Below are positions 52,217-64,000 of a DNA stretch of 64,000 nt, piece after piece. The stretch lies in assembly GCA_951406725.2 (NCBI GenBank), contig OX597825.1:73594001-73658000 (forward strand), read 5' to 3'. The translations under genes were made by a program, and so were the position numbers. The notes under the pieces were generated by a model. It was not told the origin of the DNA, made no database searches, and saw only the letters and a program-made list of their open reading frames with translations. The stretch comes from Octopus vulgaris (Eukaryota). Position 1 is the stretch's first letter, and each line of letters starts with the position of its first letter.

Positions 52217-52439
52217 TGTTAGTCTCTTTCTGTCGTCTCTTTCCCGCTGTTTTCGTTTCACGTTTTCCTTCCCACTTCAACTCGTTCAGCAATCGAAATT
52301 TTACACCAATTCAACGCTGGTCTCTTTTCATGACATTCTCACGGTGAATTCTGTGAATCTGAAAACCATTTTTTTCTTGCTCTTTCTCTCACTCTAATTC
52401 TCCATTCATATGACTGTGTGCATGTGTAGGTCTGTATGA

Positions 52440-52470
<31 letters not shown>

Positions 52471-52948
52471 CGTGTATGTGTATGTGTTACGAGTGTGTGT
52501 GTGTACGCGTGTATGTGTATGTGTTTATGAGTGTGTGTGTGTACGCGTGTATGTGTATGTGTGTGTGTGTGTGTGTGTACGCGTGTATGTGTATGTGTTT
52601 ATGAGTGTATGTGTGTATGCGAATGTGCATGTGTGCATTAAATGTTTCTCTGTATGCGTGTCTATATACGTATTATTTTTCTTTCTCTCTATATATATAT
52701 GTGTGTGTGTGTGTATGTGTGCTTGTGAGTGTGTGAGCGAGCACATGTTTATGCACGTGTGCGTGAAGATATGTGTGGGTTCGTATGTGTACGTGCGTAT
52801 CATTTTATGAATATCTATGTATTATTTTTTAAAATTTTATTTTAGTCTTCCTGTCTCTATGTATATCCGTTTGTCCCTCTTTCCATCCATCCATCCATCC
52901 ATCCATCCACCCATCCATCCATCCATCCATCCACCCATCCATCCTTGC

Positions 52949-53039
<91 letters not shown>

Positions 53040-53162
53040 ATTCAATCAGTCTATCTACCTGTCTGTCTGTCAATTTATCGCCACCCACTCATCTATCTAT
53101 GTGTATATATCTATATATACATATACACAGATGCATATATATATAGATATATACCTTCGCAC

Positions 53163-53209
<47 letters not shown>

Positions 53210-53849
53210 TAGATATATGATCCACCTTGGAGACGTTTGTCTCTCACCTTTTCTCTCTTTCACACGTTCCATCTCTCCATCTCTCGATCGCTTCATCTCT
53301 CCATCTCTCCGTCTCTCCGTCTCTTCGTATCTCTCCTCCAGATTTATGCCATCATTTCTGTCACTTACTACATAATTTCTGATGAAGCTACGAATTCTCA
53401 CACAAAGAAACCTAAACCATTAGTCATAATGGCGCGTTCTCTCTGAAACCAGATCTGTCTTCCTCTACCCTGTTGCTAAGCAACCGCATCATCATGCCAT
53501 ACCAGAATGCTTCTCTCAGGATGACGTGACGTGTGTAGGTGGTCGAACCTACGTCTCTAATGGACGATCTCTGTATACGCGCGTGTGTGTGTGTGTGTGT
53601 GTGTGTGTGCATGTGTGTGTATGTGTATTGTGTGTGTGTATGTGTATTGTGCGTGTGTATGTGTGTGTGCGTGTGTGTCTGTGTATATGTGTGTGTATGT
53701 GTGTGTATGTGTATGTATGTGTGTGTGTGTGTATTGTGTGTGTGTATGTGTATTGTGTGCGTGTGCGTGGGTGTTTGTGTATTGTGTGTGCGTGTGTGTG
53801 TATGTGTATTGTGTGTGTGTATGTGTATTGTGGTTGTGTGTGTATGTGT

Positions 53850-53885
<36 letters not shown>

Positions 53886-54619
53886 TGCAGTCTCGGCAGA
53901 AATGAGGAGTTAATTAAAAAATATAAAAAAAGATCAAAATAAAGATTAAAGATCTCAGTGCAGGTATAACTGCTGTAACAATGACGACGACGATGACGGC
54001 GGCGGTGCGGCGGTGACGGGCGCGGCGTCGGCGGGGGCGTCGACAATAAAAATAACGACAACAACGGGAATAATGAAAGGACGACAACAGCAATGGAAAC
54101 TGCAACAAAAGAAGCAACAACAACAACAACAACAACAACAGCGTCAATAACAACATCGGCCGCAGCATGAGCAGCCGTAACAACAATGAAACGATGACAA
54201 CAACAGCAATAACAGGAACATCAACAACAGCAACAACAACAACAACAACAAGAGCATGATCGAAAATTGCAACAGTTTTTCATTCAGCTAATGGCGAAAA
54301 TTTTAAGGCAAAAAAAATGCCGAGAATGAAAACACAAACAGGAAAAAAAAACCCCTCTAAAATTAATTATCAACAAATATTTGAAGAACCTGACAAAAAA
54401 AGGCAAACTACTTAAATATATGGAGCAAGGTAAAATGAGAGAGAGAGTAAGAAAGAGAGAGAGAGAGAGGGAGAGAGAGAGAGTGGTGGAGAGAAGGAGG
54501 GATTTTAAATATTTATTAAATTTGTAATTTTTTTTTAATTCCTGAACGAACTGTTAAACCGTTGAAGCAATGCTGAAGCGGAAGTGTTTTAATGAAATGA
54601 AGAGGTTTCTGCGCTTTGG

Positions 54620-54621
<2 letters not shown>

Positions 54622-54679
<58 letters not shown>

Positions 54680-54792
54680 TTCAAATTTTGGCACAAGGCT
54701 AGCAATGCTTCAGGTTAGTCGATTAAATCGATCCCAGTTGTAATCGACTAACTCCCTCCTGAAGCATTGCTAGCCTTGTGCCAAAATTTGAA

Positions 54793-54888
<96 letters not shown>
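54622..54888. repeat. Fold-back palindrome of a family B SINE tail
   Basis: (TAA)n TTCAAATTTTGGCACAAGGCTAGCAATGCTTCAGG ... CCTGAAGCATTGCTAGCCTTGTGCCAAAATTTGAA (ATT)n; the unique arms are perfect complements. Confidence 0.92.
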
Positions 54889-54890
<2 letters not shown>

Positions 54891-56484
54891 ACTGGCACTT
54901 ATTTTATCGATCTTGAAAAGATGAAAGGTAAAGTTGACCTTGGTGAAATTTGAACTAAGAACGTGAAGACAGACAAAAATACTGCGAGACATTTTGTCCC
55001 ATGTGCTAACGGTTCTCTCAGCTCAATGGCTTCAAATATTGGCCCAAGGTCAGCAGTTCTAGGGCGTGGTTAAGTCGATTATATCACGTCCAGGTTGACC
55101 AGGCTTGGGCGTGGCTCAAGTATTTCCGCCCACAAATTACAAACATGAAAAGCAATGAGGTTGAAGAATTACTTCAGAATTGCTCTGACACAGAGAAGGG
55201 TTTCGGTTGTTGATTGACAGAGGGGAGGGCAGAAAACTGAAATGGGTGGAGGAAAAGAGTGCACAGTGGTTGTTGGAAGTTTGAAAGAGAAAACGAAGCT
55301 CGATGAGATCAAGTGAAAGCTTAGAAAGAATAACCTGTAGAAAATGGAGTGTTGCTTCTTATGCCTGTGATTCGTAGGAGGAAATGCTTGAGTCCTGCAG
55401 TGTCAGCTATCAGAGAACTCTAGGAATCAACTCATTGTAAATTGTCATATGGCTATTGTTCAAAACAGGTAATGTGCAACCTGTGGATATGTGTGCCGTT
55501 CAGTTGGAGGATTGAAAAGGCAGAGGCAACAGGCATATCATCCGCGTCAAATTGTCAGTGTCCAAACCGCCGCGCCCAATCGACTCTTTCCGAGTATTCC
55601 CATGTCTGTGAACTTTGAAGTGGCGTCTCAATTTGAAGAAATTCTCAGATCCCTGAACTATTCGCCTTGTCGTATCTTAATCCAGAGTTCCTTCGGAGAA
55701 ACCCGATTTCGACCGCATATTTTTGCTGTTGTTACTTTCTCGGTCCATCCATTGGGCTTCTTTACAATTCTCGGCTGCCCAAATTCACTCAAAAGGTTTA
55801 GATCGTTCAGAGGCTTCTTGTGTTAAACTAAATGCACTTGTAATTTCAATTTCTGTCAGACACTCAATGATTGAAATGAATCATCGTTTACTGATTTAAC
55901 GTGTAAGTGGCTGAGTATTCCACAGACATGCGGACGCTCGGAATGAGACGATAGGGCGCAGCGGTTTGGACGCTGGCAATTTGACGCGGATAATTGGATA
56001 TTGAACCTGTTTAGGTGACAGTACATTTTGGCACATGAGGCATGCACTCAGACGCGTTCGCGCACAGGCACACATATACACAAATACACACACATACACA
56101 CACACATAACAAAAACACATACACATACACAAGCACACATGCAGGTGCACGCAGAATTATATGCATGCAGATAGAGTGACAGAAAGAGGGGTAAGAGAGA
56201 CTTTACTGATGCATGCAAGCATAACTAAATGTTTGCACACATAAATGGAGAGGAGGAGAAAGATAGATTGAGTGAGAGAGAGGGAGAGAGAGAGAGAGGG
56301 GGGAGAGAAGGAAACGAACATTAAAATGTCGGATGTCAAGTAAGTCAGCATCAAATTATTGACACCAAAAAGTTTCATACTCTGTTCCCTTAACACAATT
56401 TTCGGGTAGAATCTATGAGCTAAAGGAGCAATCCACCCGATGAGTTTCTTCATAGTTTTTGCCTACCCAGTTCCACTCTTTTTT

Positions 56485-56860
56485 TTACTCTTTTTTACTT
56501 GTTTCAGTCATTTGAATGCGGCCATGCTGCAGTACCTCCTTTAGTGGAGCAAATCGACCCCAGGACTTATTCTTTGTAAGCCTAGTACTTATTCTATCGG
56601 TCTCTTTTGCAGAACCGCTAAGTTACGGGGACGCAAACACACCAGCATCGGTTGTCAAGCGATGTTAGGGGGACAAACACAGACACACAAACACACACAT
56701 ATGTACATATACATATATACGACGGAGTTCTTTCAGTTTCCGTCTACCAAATCCACTCACAAAGCTTTGGTCGGCCCGAGGCTATAGTAGAAGCAGTGGG
56801 ACTGAACCCGGAACTATGTGGTTGGTAAGCAAGCTACTTACCACACAGCCACTCCTGCGC
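56485..56860 (-). mobile_element. Family A SINE
   Basis: Reverse-complement match to the family consensus with a ~20-bp deletion. Confidence 0.9.
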
Positions 56861-57251
56861 TTAAAAAGAATAAAAAGGGTCGATCAACCCAAAGGTATAG
56901 AAAACAACATCTACAACTGCCAAAGCTACTACAAGGTGGGTTCGAACGCAGACTTATATCTGCGAAACGAACTTCTTAACCAATCGCCCACACTACGCCT
57001 AGGTACGTTATGTATATAAATACTCTATGGAAATCAGTTCTTAAGACAAAGAAAAGGTTACCAACATTGTCCAGAATCGATAGTTCAGCTGTTCGATTTA
57101 CTGTTACAAAATATTGACAAACAAGTTTCTTGTCTTCAATAATTTAGCAGCTTAACTGCTTTAACTAATCATATTCGACTAATTAATAGAGCTCTACGTT
57201 GCCGTATTGGCATCAGAATATATCATATACAAAGACGAATCATGATGGGCT

Positions 57252-57685
57252 TTCTTCTTCTTCTTCTTCTTCTTCTTCTTCTTCTTCTTCTTCTTCTTCT
57301 TCTTCTTCTTCTTCTTCTTCTTCTTCTTCTTCTTCTTCTTCTTCTTCTTCTTCTTCTTCTTCTTCTTCTTCTTCTTCTTCTTCTTCTTCTTCTTCTTCTT
57401 CTTCTTCTTCTCCTCCTCCGTCTTCTTCTTCTTCTTCTTCTTCTTCTTCTTCTTCTTCTTCTTCTTCTTCTTCTTCTTCTTCTTCTTCTGCTCCTCCTCC
57501 TCCCCTCTTCCTGCTTCGCCTCCCCTCCTCCTCCTTATTCTTCTGTTCCTCCCCTCCTCCCGTCTCCCTTCTTCTTCTTCTTGTTCTTGTTCTTGTTCTT
57601 GTTGTTGTTGTTCTTCTTGTTCTTCTTGTTCTTCTTGTTCTTGTTCTTCTTCTTGTTCTTCCACTCTTTCTTCTTCTCCTTCTTT
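57252..57685. repeat. (TTC)n / (TCC)n / (TTG)n pyrimidine-rich tract
   Basis: Seen directly; source of the poly-K/S/L ORFs. Confidence 0.97.
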
Positions 57686-58384
57686 TACTAATTTAACACA
57701 ATTTGCTCGAGTCACGCCTTACCAAAGAGAGTGACTTTTTATTACTTTTCGGGGGTTGAAATTCTAAAGGCGAAACCGAGCGAACAATAAATGAGTTTGT
57801 ATTCTTAATGCTGTTTTGCTGTTGATCTGATTAACGTTTATGTAGAAGTAAACGAAACAAGCATTAAAACACACACGAAAGTTCATGCTGTCTCATCAAG
57901 TACAGAATTAAATGTAGAGATTACAAGGTGACATACATTTCGCATAAGGAAACATGACTTGTGCTCAATCACCATTCAGTAATTATATTTAGTAAGAATC
58001 TGGTTAATGGAGCTGGTGGCTGACACAAAGGGCTTTGGTTGTTTTCATAACGGTTCTATTAACAGAGCTGCGCCAATGGCTGTTCTCGGGCCTTTCTTGA
58101 TATTTAAGTCAATAGATTATAAAGGTGAATCGTGTGTTGTATAGGCAAACATGGCCAGCATTCGATCGCCATAAAATACTGGTTTCAAATTTTGGCAGCA
58201 ATCCTAAAGGAGGGTATGAGTCGATTACACTTACCCCAGTACATGACGAACTTTATTTTATCGACTTTGAAAGGTTGACGGTCAAAGCTGACTTCGGTGG
58301 GATTTGAACACCGAACGTAAATAACCGGAAGAGAAGTCACTAACCATTTTGTTCAGAACGATAACGATTCTGTCATCTCTCGGC

Positions 58385-58482
58385 TTTTGATTAGTATAAA
58401 ATATTTTGATTAGCATAAAATATTTTGATTAGCATAAAATATTTTGATTAGCATAAAATATTTTCTGGATTAGCATAAAATA
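58385..58482. repeat. Minisatellite, ~5 x 19 bp (TTTTGATTAGCATAAAATA)
   Basis: Units at 58385, 58404, 58423, 58442 and 58461. Confidence 0.93.
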
Positions 58483-58883
58483 TTATTTTATAATTTTGGC
58501 ACAAGGATATCAATTTTAGGCAAAAGGGAAAGCCGATTACGTTAATCCCAATGCTCAAATGGTATTTGTTTTATCGATCACAAATGGCAAGGTCAGCCCT
58601 TGCGACATTTAAACGCAGAATGTAAATAGCCGGAAGAAATGCAACTCAGCATTTTATTCGACGTGATAACGATTCTGCCGGCCCGGTTCGCCGCTTTGAT
58701 GAGCATAAAATTATAAAGAGCTGGGCGTCACAGGGTTTTATGCTTGTTTTCATAATTGCTCCGCCTTAAGGGCAAAGAACATTAACGATCCTTCCTGGCA
58801 TTCTATAAGAAATTAAATATAGGGTGGACTAAAAATCAAACACCGTAACATTTGACATTTTATTTAACGGTATTATTATTATT

Positions 58884-59140
58884 GTGGAGGCGCGTGGCTT
58901 AGTGGTTAGGATGTTGAACTCGTGATCGTAAGGTTGTGGTTTCGATTCCCAGACCGGGCGATGCATTGTGTTCTTCAGTAAAACACTTCATTTCACGTTG
59001 CTCCAGTCAACTCAGCTGGCAAAAATGAGTAATGCTGCGACGGACCGGCGTCCCGTCCAGGTGGGGAATTTCTACGCCACTGAAACCGGGAAACCGGCCC
59101 TTATGAGCCTGGCATGGCTCGAGAAGAAACATTTATTTTT
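58884..59140 (+). mobile_element. Family C SINE, full length
   Basis: GTGGAGGCGCGTGGCTTAGTGGTTAGG head and B box GGTTTCGATTCCC; TSD-like TTAA(CG/TA)GTATTATTATTATT on both sides. Confidence 0.9.
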
Positions 59141-60397
59141 TTAATAGTATTATTATTATTATTCAGTTTGTTCATCATGTACAAGTACATATCTATTCAT
59201 CACTATTTTATTTATATTCATTTTTAGACAATTGTGGAGCGTATTGAACTTACTTTAAGCGTGACATTTGTCCCATCCCATATATAGATTATATGCTGGC
59301 CGTATTTTGTTTAGCCAAACAGGACTTGTGTTTAGTCCCCATAAGATAATAACTAGAAACAATCTGGTTAATAGAGAGTGTTTTGTGGTTTTAGTGGCTC
59401 CATCTTGAGGAAGGAAAACAACAAAAGCGACCGATTTCAGGCCCTCCATGACTGTTGGTAGAAAGGGATGAAAAACAGCGATACTCTCGCCTTTCGCAAA
59501 TCCTAACAAATCCACCATCCCGGCTATTAGGGGTTTTGTTGTTATTTAGCTCCGACTGATCCAAGATTTTCCAGCTGTGAATTAAGTCCCAAAACTTGGC
59601 CTAAATTCTTGAATTAGAGTGGGCCCTGCTAAGGACACCCAGAAGCCAGGCTGGGGTGTTAAATCGAGGACCGAATTGAACTCACTACCCGAGAACAGAT
59701 ACAACCCACACGATAAGATTTACATATAAGTTTTACCTGAAAGATTAAACCCAACACCTGGTTACCTGTATGGTCCAACAGTGCAGAAGTTCACCCCCGC
59801 CTCCTTTTTTTCGGTAGGTCCACCATCCATCGACGGATCGCAAGGCCCGTGGTAGATCCATCATCTGATTCATCTTTGCTAACTTAGTAAACTTAAGCAA
59901 CGTGTACTAAAGTGTTCTGCCCGTGAACACAACACACCACCAGATTCTAGATTCGAACCCACAATTTTACGACCATGAGTATAACGCCCTTAACACTAAG
60001 CCGCGCGCTCTCCACCATAACTTTTACCACCCGGGCTTTGGTCGATCCGAGCCTCAGGTAGAAAACACTTTCCCCAAAAGGCGGCGCAATGATGTTACAT
60101 CCCAAACCTCGTAAGTACGAAGAGACTATCTTAACTACAGAGCCATATTTGAGTTAGGAAGGATTCTAAGAGGACTGGAATCCAATCTGTTCAGAATATC
60201 AGAAGAATGAAAAAAATGTCTATGAGTTTGTTGACCGAGTGGTTCTATGTAACAGAAATAGAGTCTCACTTGTAATATAACGAGATATGAAGACTTTGGA
60301 AACAATTTTTAAAGCGTAATTCGTATACTTAGATTTGTGAATCACATACACATCATATATATATATATATATATTATCATATATATGTGTATGTGTG

Positions 60398-60482
<85 letters not shown>

Positions 60483-60510
60483 GTATATATATATATGTAC
60501 ATGCATATAT

Positions 60511-60556
<46 letters not shown>

Positions 60557-60561
60557 TATTA

Positions 60562-60604
<43 letters not shown>

Positions 60605-60684
60605 ATGTGTGTGTTTGTGTGTATATATATATTTAGATATAAGCATATACATACATACATACACACACACACACATATATATGA

Positions 60685-60735
<51 letters not shown>

Positions 60736-60869
60736 CATACACATTCATGCACACACATACGCAGACACCCCTCCACATATATATAAATATGAATTGTGCA
60801 TAACCCAGTGTGAATCAAGTTTGAAATATATTTGAATATATGGATGCTAAGGTTTCAAACACACACGCG

Positions 60870-60936
<67 letters not shown>

Positions 60937-62023
60937 TTACGAACATAGGCACATCATCGATTCTCGTAAAATTTTCCCTTTGTTAGTGATTTATTCTGAT
61001 GAAAAATAAAGTACTTTTTTTTTTCTCCCTTTTATAGTCAGTTTATCCTTGACACTCGAAAGGTTTTTATAATAGGTAAACATCAGGTTATAATGGATTG
61101 AATTATGTTTAGAGTAGTTAAATTGTTTTCCTTCCTGAGTTTTTCTGAGTTTAGAAGGCTTTTACAGGGAGGAAACTAGATGAAAGCAATAATGAACGTT
61201 TTCAAAGTGAATCATTGTTATAAAAGAGAATCTGTCAGAGAGTTTTTTTTCAATACAATGGAAAATACAGGACGTGACGACAGTGAACGGAAAATGGCGA
61301 CCCATTGAGAAAGAGTTACGTAACTGTGGTTCTTTCCTTTGAGAGTACTTAATAATATCTCTGCTTTCCTTTTTTTTTTTTTTTACGTCACTTGGACATA
61401 GCAATAAGCGCAACCCCTTTGGCATTTTCGAGGCATTCAGGAAAGGAAATAATTTGTGAAAGGTGCCCAGAAGCGAAGAAGCGGAAGCTTGTAATTTAGT
61501 TATCCATCCATCCATCCATCCATCTATCCATCTTTCTTCTCTGCCCAAAATTCCTGGGTGAGCCATGGGGGTAAAGCCCTCAGTCATCAGATATATTGTT
61601 TTTAACTGAGGCACAATATTTGTAGCTTTAAGAGAGGGGTCTTTATTGATTATAGTGGCTCTAATACCAGAGCAGTACTTTATTTTATGAAATCCTGAAA
61701 GATGAAAAGCAAAGTGGATCTCGTAGGTTTTGAACTTGGAATGTGAAAAAACCGGGACGAGTACCGCTAGACACGTTCACCGACGCTCTAACGATTTCAC
61801 CAGCCTGTTGCCCTGGCAATCCAGAAAATAATGATTTCTAATTTAGGCACCAGACCAGCAATGTTGAAAGGAGGTGTCAGTCAATACCATCGTGCCCAGT
61901 TCTTGGATGGTACATTATTTCATCGTTTTCTAGAAGGATGAAATGCAAAGCTGACGTCAGCAGGAATGTGAAGAGCTGGAATAAGTATCACGAGGCATCT
62001 TATTCCAATGCTATAACGATTCT

Positions 62024-62421
62024 TATTTCTTTATTGCCCACAAGGAGCTAAACGTAGAGGGGACAAACAAGGACAGTCAAAGGAATTAAGTCAATTGCAT
62101 CGACCCCAGTGCGTAACTGGTACTTAATTTATCGACCCCGGCGGAATTTGAACTCAAAACGTAACGGCAGACGAAATACCTATTTCTTTACTACCCACAA
62201 GGGGCTAAACACAGAGAGGGACAAACAAGGACAGACAAACAGATTAAGTCGATTATATCTACCCCAGTGCGTAACTGGTACTTATTTAATCGACACCAAA
62301 AGGATGAAAGGCAAAGTCGACCTCGGCGGAATTTGAACTCAGAACGTAACGGCAGGCGAAATACCGCTAGGCATTTCGTCCGGCGTGCTAACGTTTCTGC
62401 CAGTTCGCCGCCTTAATAACG
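62024..62421 (-). mobile_element. Family B SINE, dimer inserted into the head of an older B copy
   Basis: Units at 62024 (internally deleted) and 62181. Perfect 17-bp TSD AATGCTATAACGATTCT at 62007-62023 and 62422-62438. Confidence 0.9.
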
Positions 62422-63537
62422 AATGCTATAACGATTCTGCCAACTCACTGCCTTTATACGATGCATTATATTGCATGTAATTAAAATAGGATACCGAATC
62501 CGAAAACGTTTAAGTTTGAATCAAGCTATATGGCTTAAACTTTACGCCACTGCATTGTAAAACAGAATGGTTTCATCTCAAGAGATTGATGACGCGTTAA
62601 ATGTGTAATATCGGAAGCAGCCGACCACCTTCTGCGGACGTGTGACTTCAGTTTTTGGAGCTAGTTTTAATTAAGAAATTCACTTTCAGATGAACAGTTT
62701 GGTGGCCCTGTTGAACAAAGAATCACCTCAAAGTATAGCTGAAATATTGTCTTCTCTGAAGAAAGCATTGTTTCCCAAACAAGAAAAAGGAAGAAGTGAA
62801 TAAAACAAAGCTTGTGCATCTAAGTAATTAGGAAATTTGCGTCATACACATGAAATTACACTTGGGCTTTTACTCGTAAATCTAAAGCTATACAAAGGGG
62901 ATAACTGTGATTACATTAGCATATACATAGGGAAATTTATAACGTGTTTCATTAAAAGGTGGCCTTTCAGTGTTGATTATAGTCGACTAGAATACTAGAT
63001 GCTCAAAAACCAAATGAAACTACCGTACTTTGTCCGACATTTTCTTATTTTCAGGGCTTTAACTTGGACTATGGCTTTTATAAACAGATTAAGGAACTAA
63101 AAAAAAGCCCATGTAGCACATCTCTCTGAGATATCATCGAGCTAGATAGGAAATTTTGTTGAAAAACACTAAGCGCTTATTGACAGTAAGATTATGTTAT
63201 TCATTGAAAATGTCATGTCGACGTTCTTTGAAAGAGCCAACGATGCCTCTATATACAGTCGCTTAAGGTGCTTTGCAGTAGGATCGTACCTGGAACAACG
63301 CGGTTGCGAAGCGACCTACTTAACCACACAGACACATGTCACACCTGATCTGTTCGAGCTGATTAAGGATCAAGACACTCTAGTCATGACCATCAAGAAT
63401 TCATGGTCGTGAACATATTGTGTCTATATTTACTATCTAGAACTACATAATCCATTGAAACTTTCCTCTTCTTAAGACGGTTCAGTGGGATTTGAGGGAA
63501 ATTTGACTGTTATTTCAAGCAAAGGAAGTGGTCACTT

Positions 63538-63569
<32 letters not shown>

Positions 63570-64000
63570 GGAGACAGAGAGAGCGAGAGAGAGAGAGGAT
63601 CTCCCTTATTCATGCGACAAGCATACTCCACTTACTAGAAATAGCTGCCAAATTTTTTCTCATTTACATTTTACACACTCGGAAGAAAAGATATACTGTC
63701 TGACAAAAAGAGAGAAGGGCATGGTTAGACGGTCTAAGATCCCCATTTTACTAAATAAGGTCTTGCCTGAGGCTAAATAACAACAACCTAAACAGAAGGC
63801 ATTATAAGGATGGGGTGAATACAGGCTGAAACCTCAGAAATCTCAGTGAGTGAAGTCTAAATAGGATAAAGCGTATAATCCGGTGCTCTACTGATTATGA
63901 TACTCTGTAGATGAGTAGAACGGTACTTGTCGAGTACGACCGGCAGAAATTGATATAGCTTTGTTAATTACAAGGATGTAATTTAATTAATTAATTAGAA

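Overview
A 64-kb AT-rich, non-coding eukaryotic window, intronic or intergenic. It is almost entirely microsatellites ((TA)n, (CA)n, (TATG)n, (TAA)n, (TCA)n, (TTC)n, (GA)n) plus several tRNA-headed SINE families. The repeat landscape resembles an Octopus/coleoid cephalopod genome (inference from memory of such repeats, not a search). No intact host gene is supported, and nearly all ORFs in the track are translated microsatellites. The real coding remnants are all transposon-derived: an R4/Dong-type REL endonuclease, an RTE-type RT and an RTE C-terminus, a Tc1 paired domain, and a mariner HTH inside a TTAA-flanked piggyBac-like MITE. Three observations stand out. (1) About ten type-I hammerhead-ribozyme (HHR) motifs from several unrelated sequence families are present. 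Three carry the compensatory U3-A8 core and one has a 93-nt stem II. Most sit in short T-rich modules inserted into (TA)n, and several are arranged head-to-head, as in Penelope-like elements (PLEs). (2) A 597-bp palindrome (10304-10900) made of two divergent 'tRNA head + (TAA)n + hammerhead' arms is flanked by a single 13-bp TSD. It is a candidate Pol III-driven, ribozyme-bearing non-autonomous element mobilised by PLE machinery. (3) One SINE family forms TSD-flanked 2-4-mer concatemers of a 184-bp unit with the same junction at four loci. SINE family labels A-F are my own. All structures were read by eye and none were computed.
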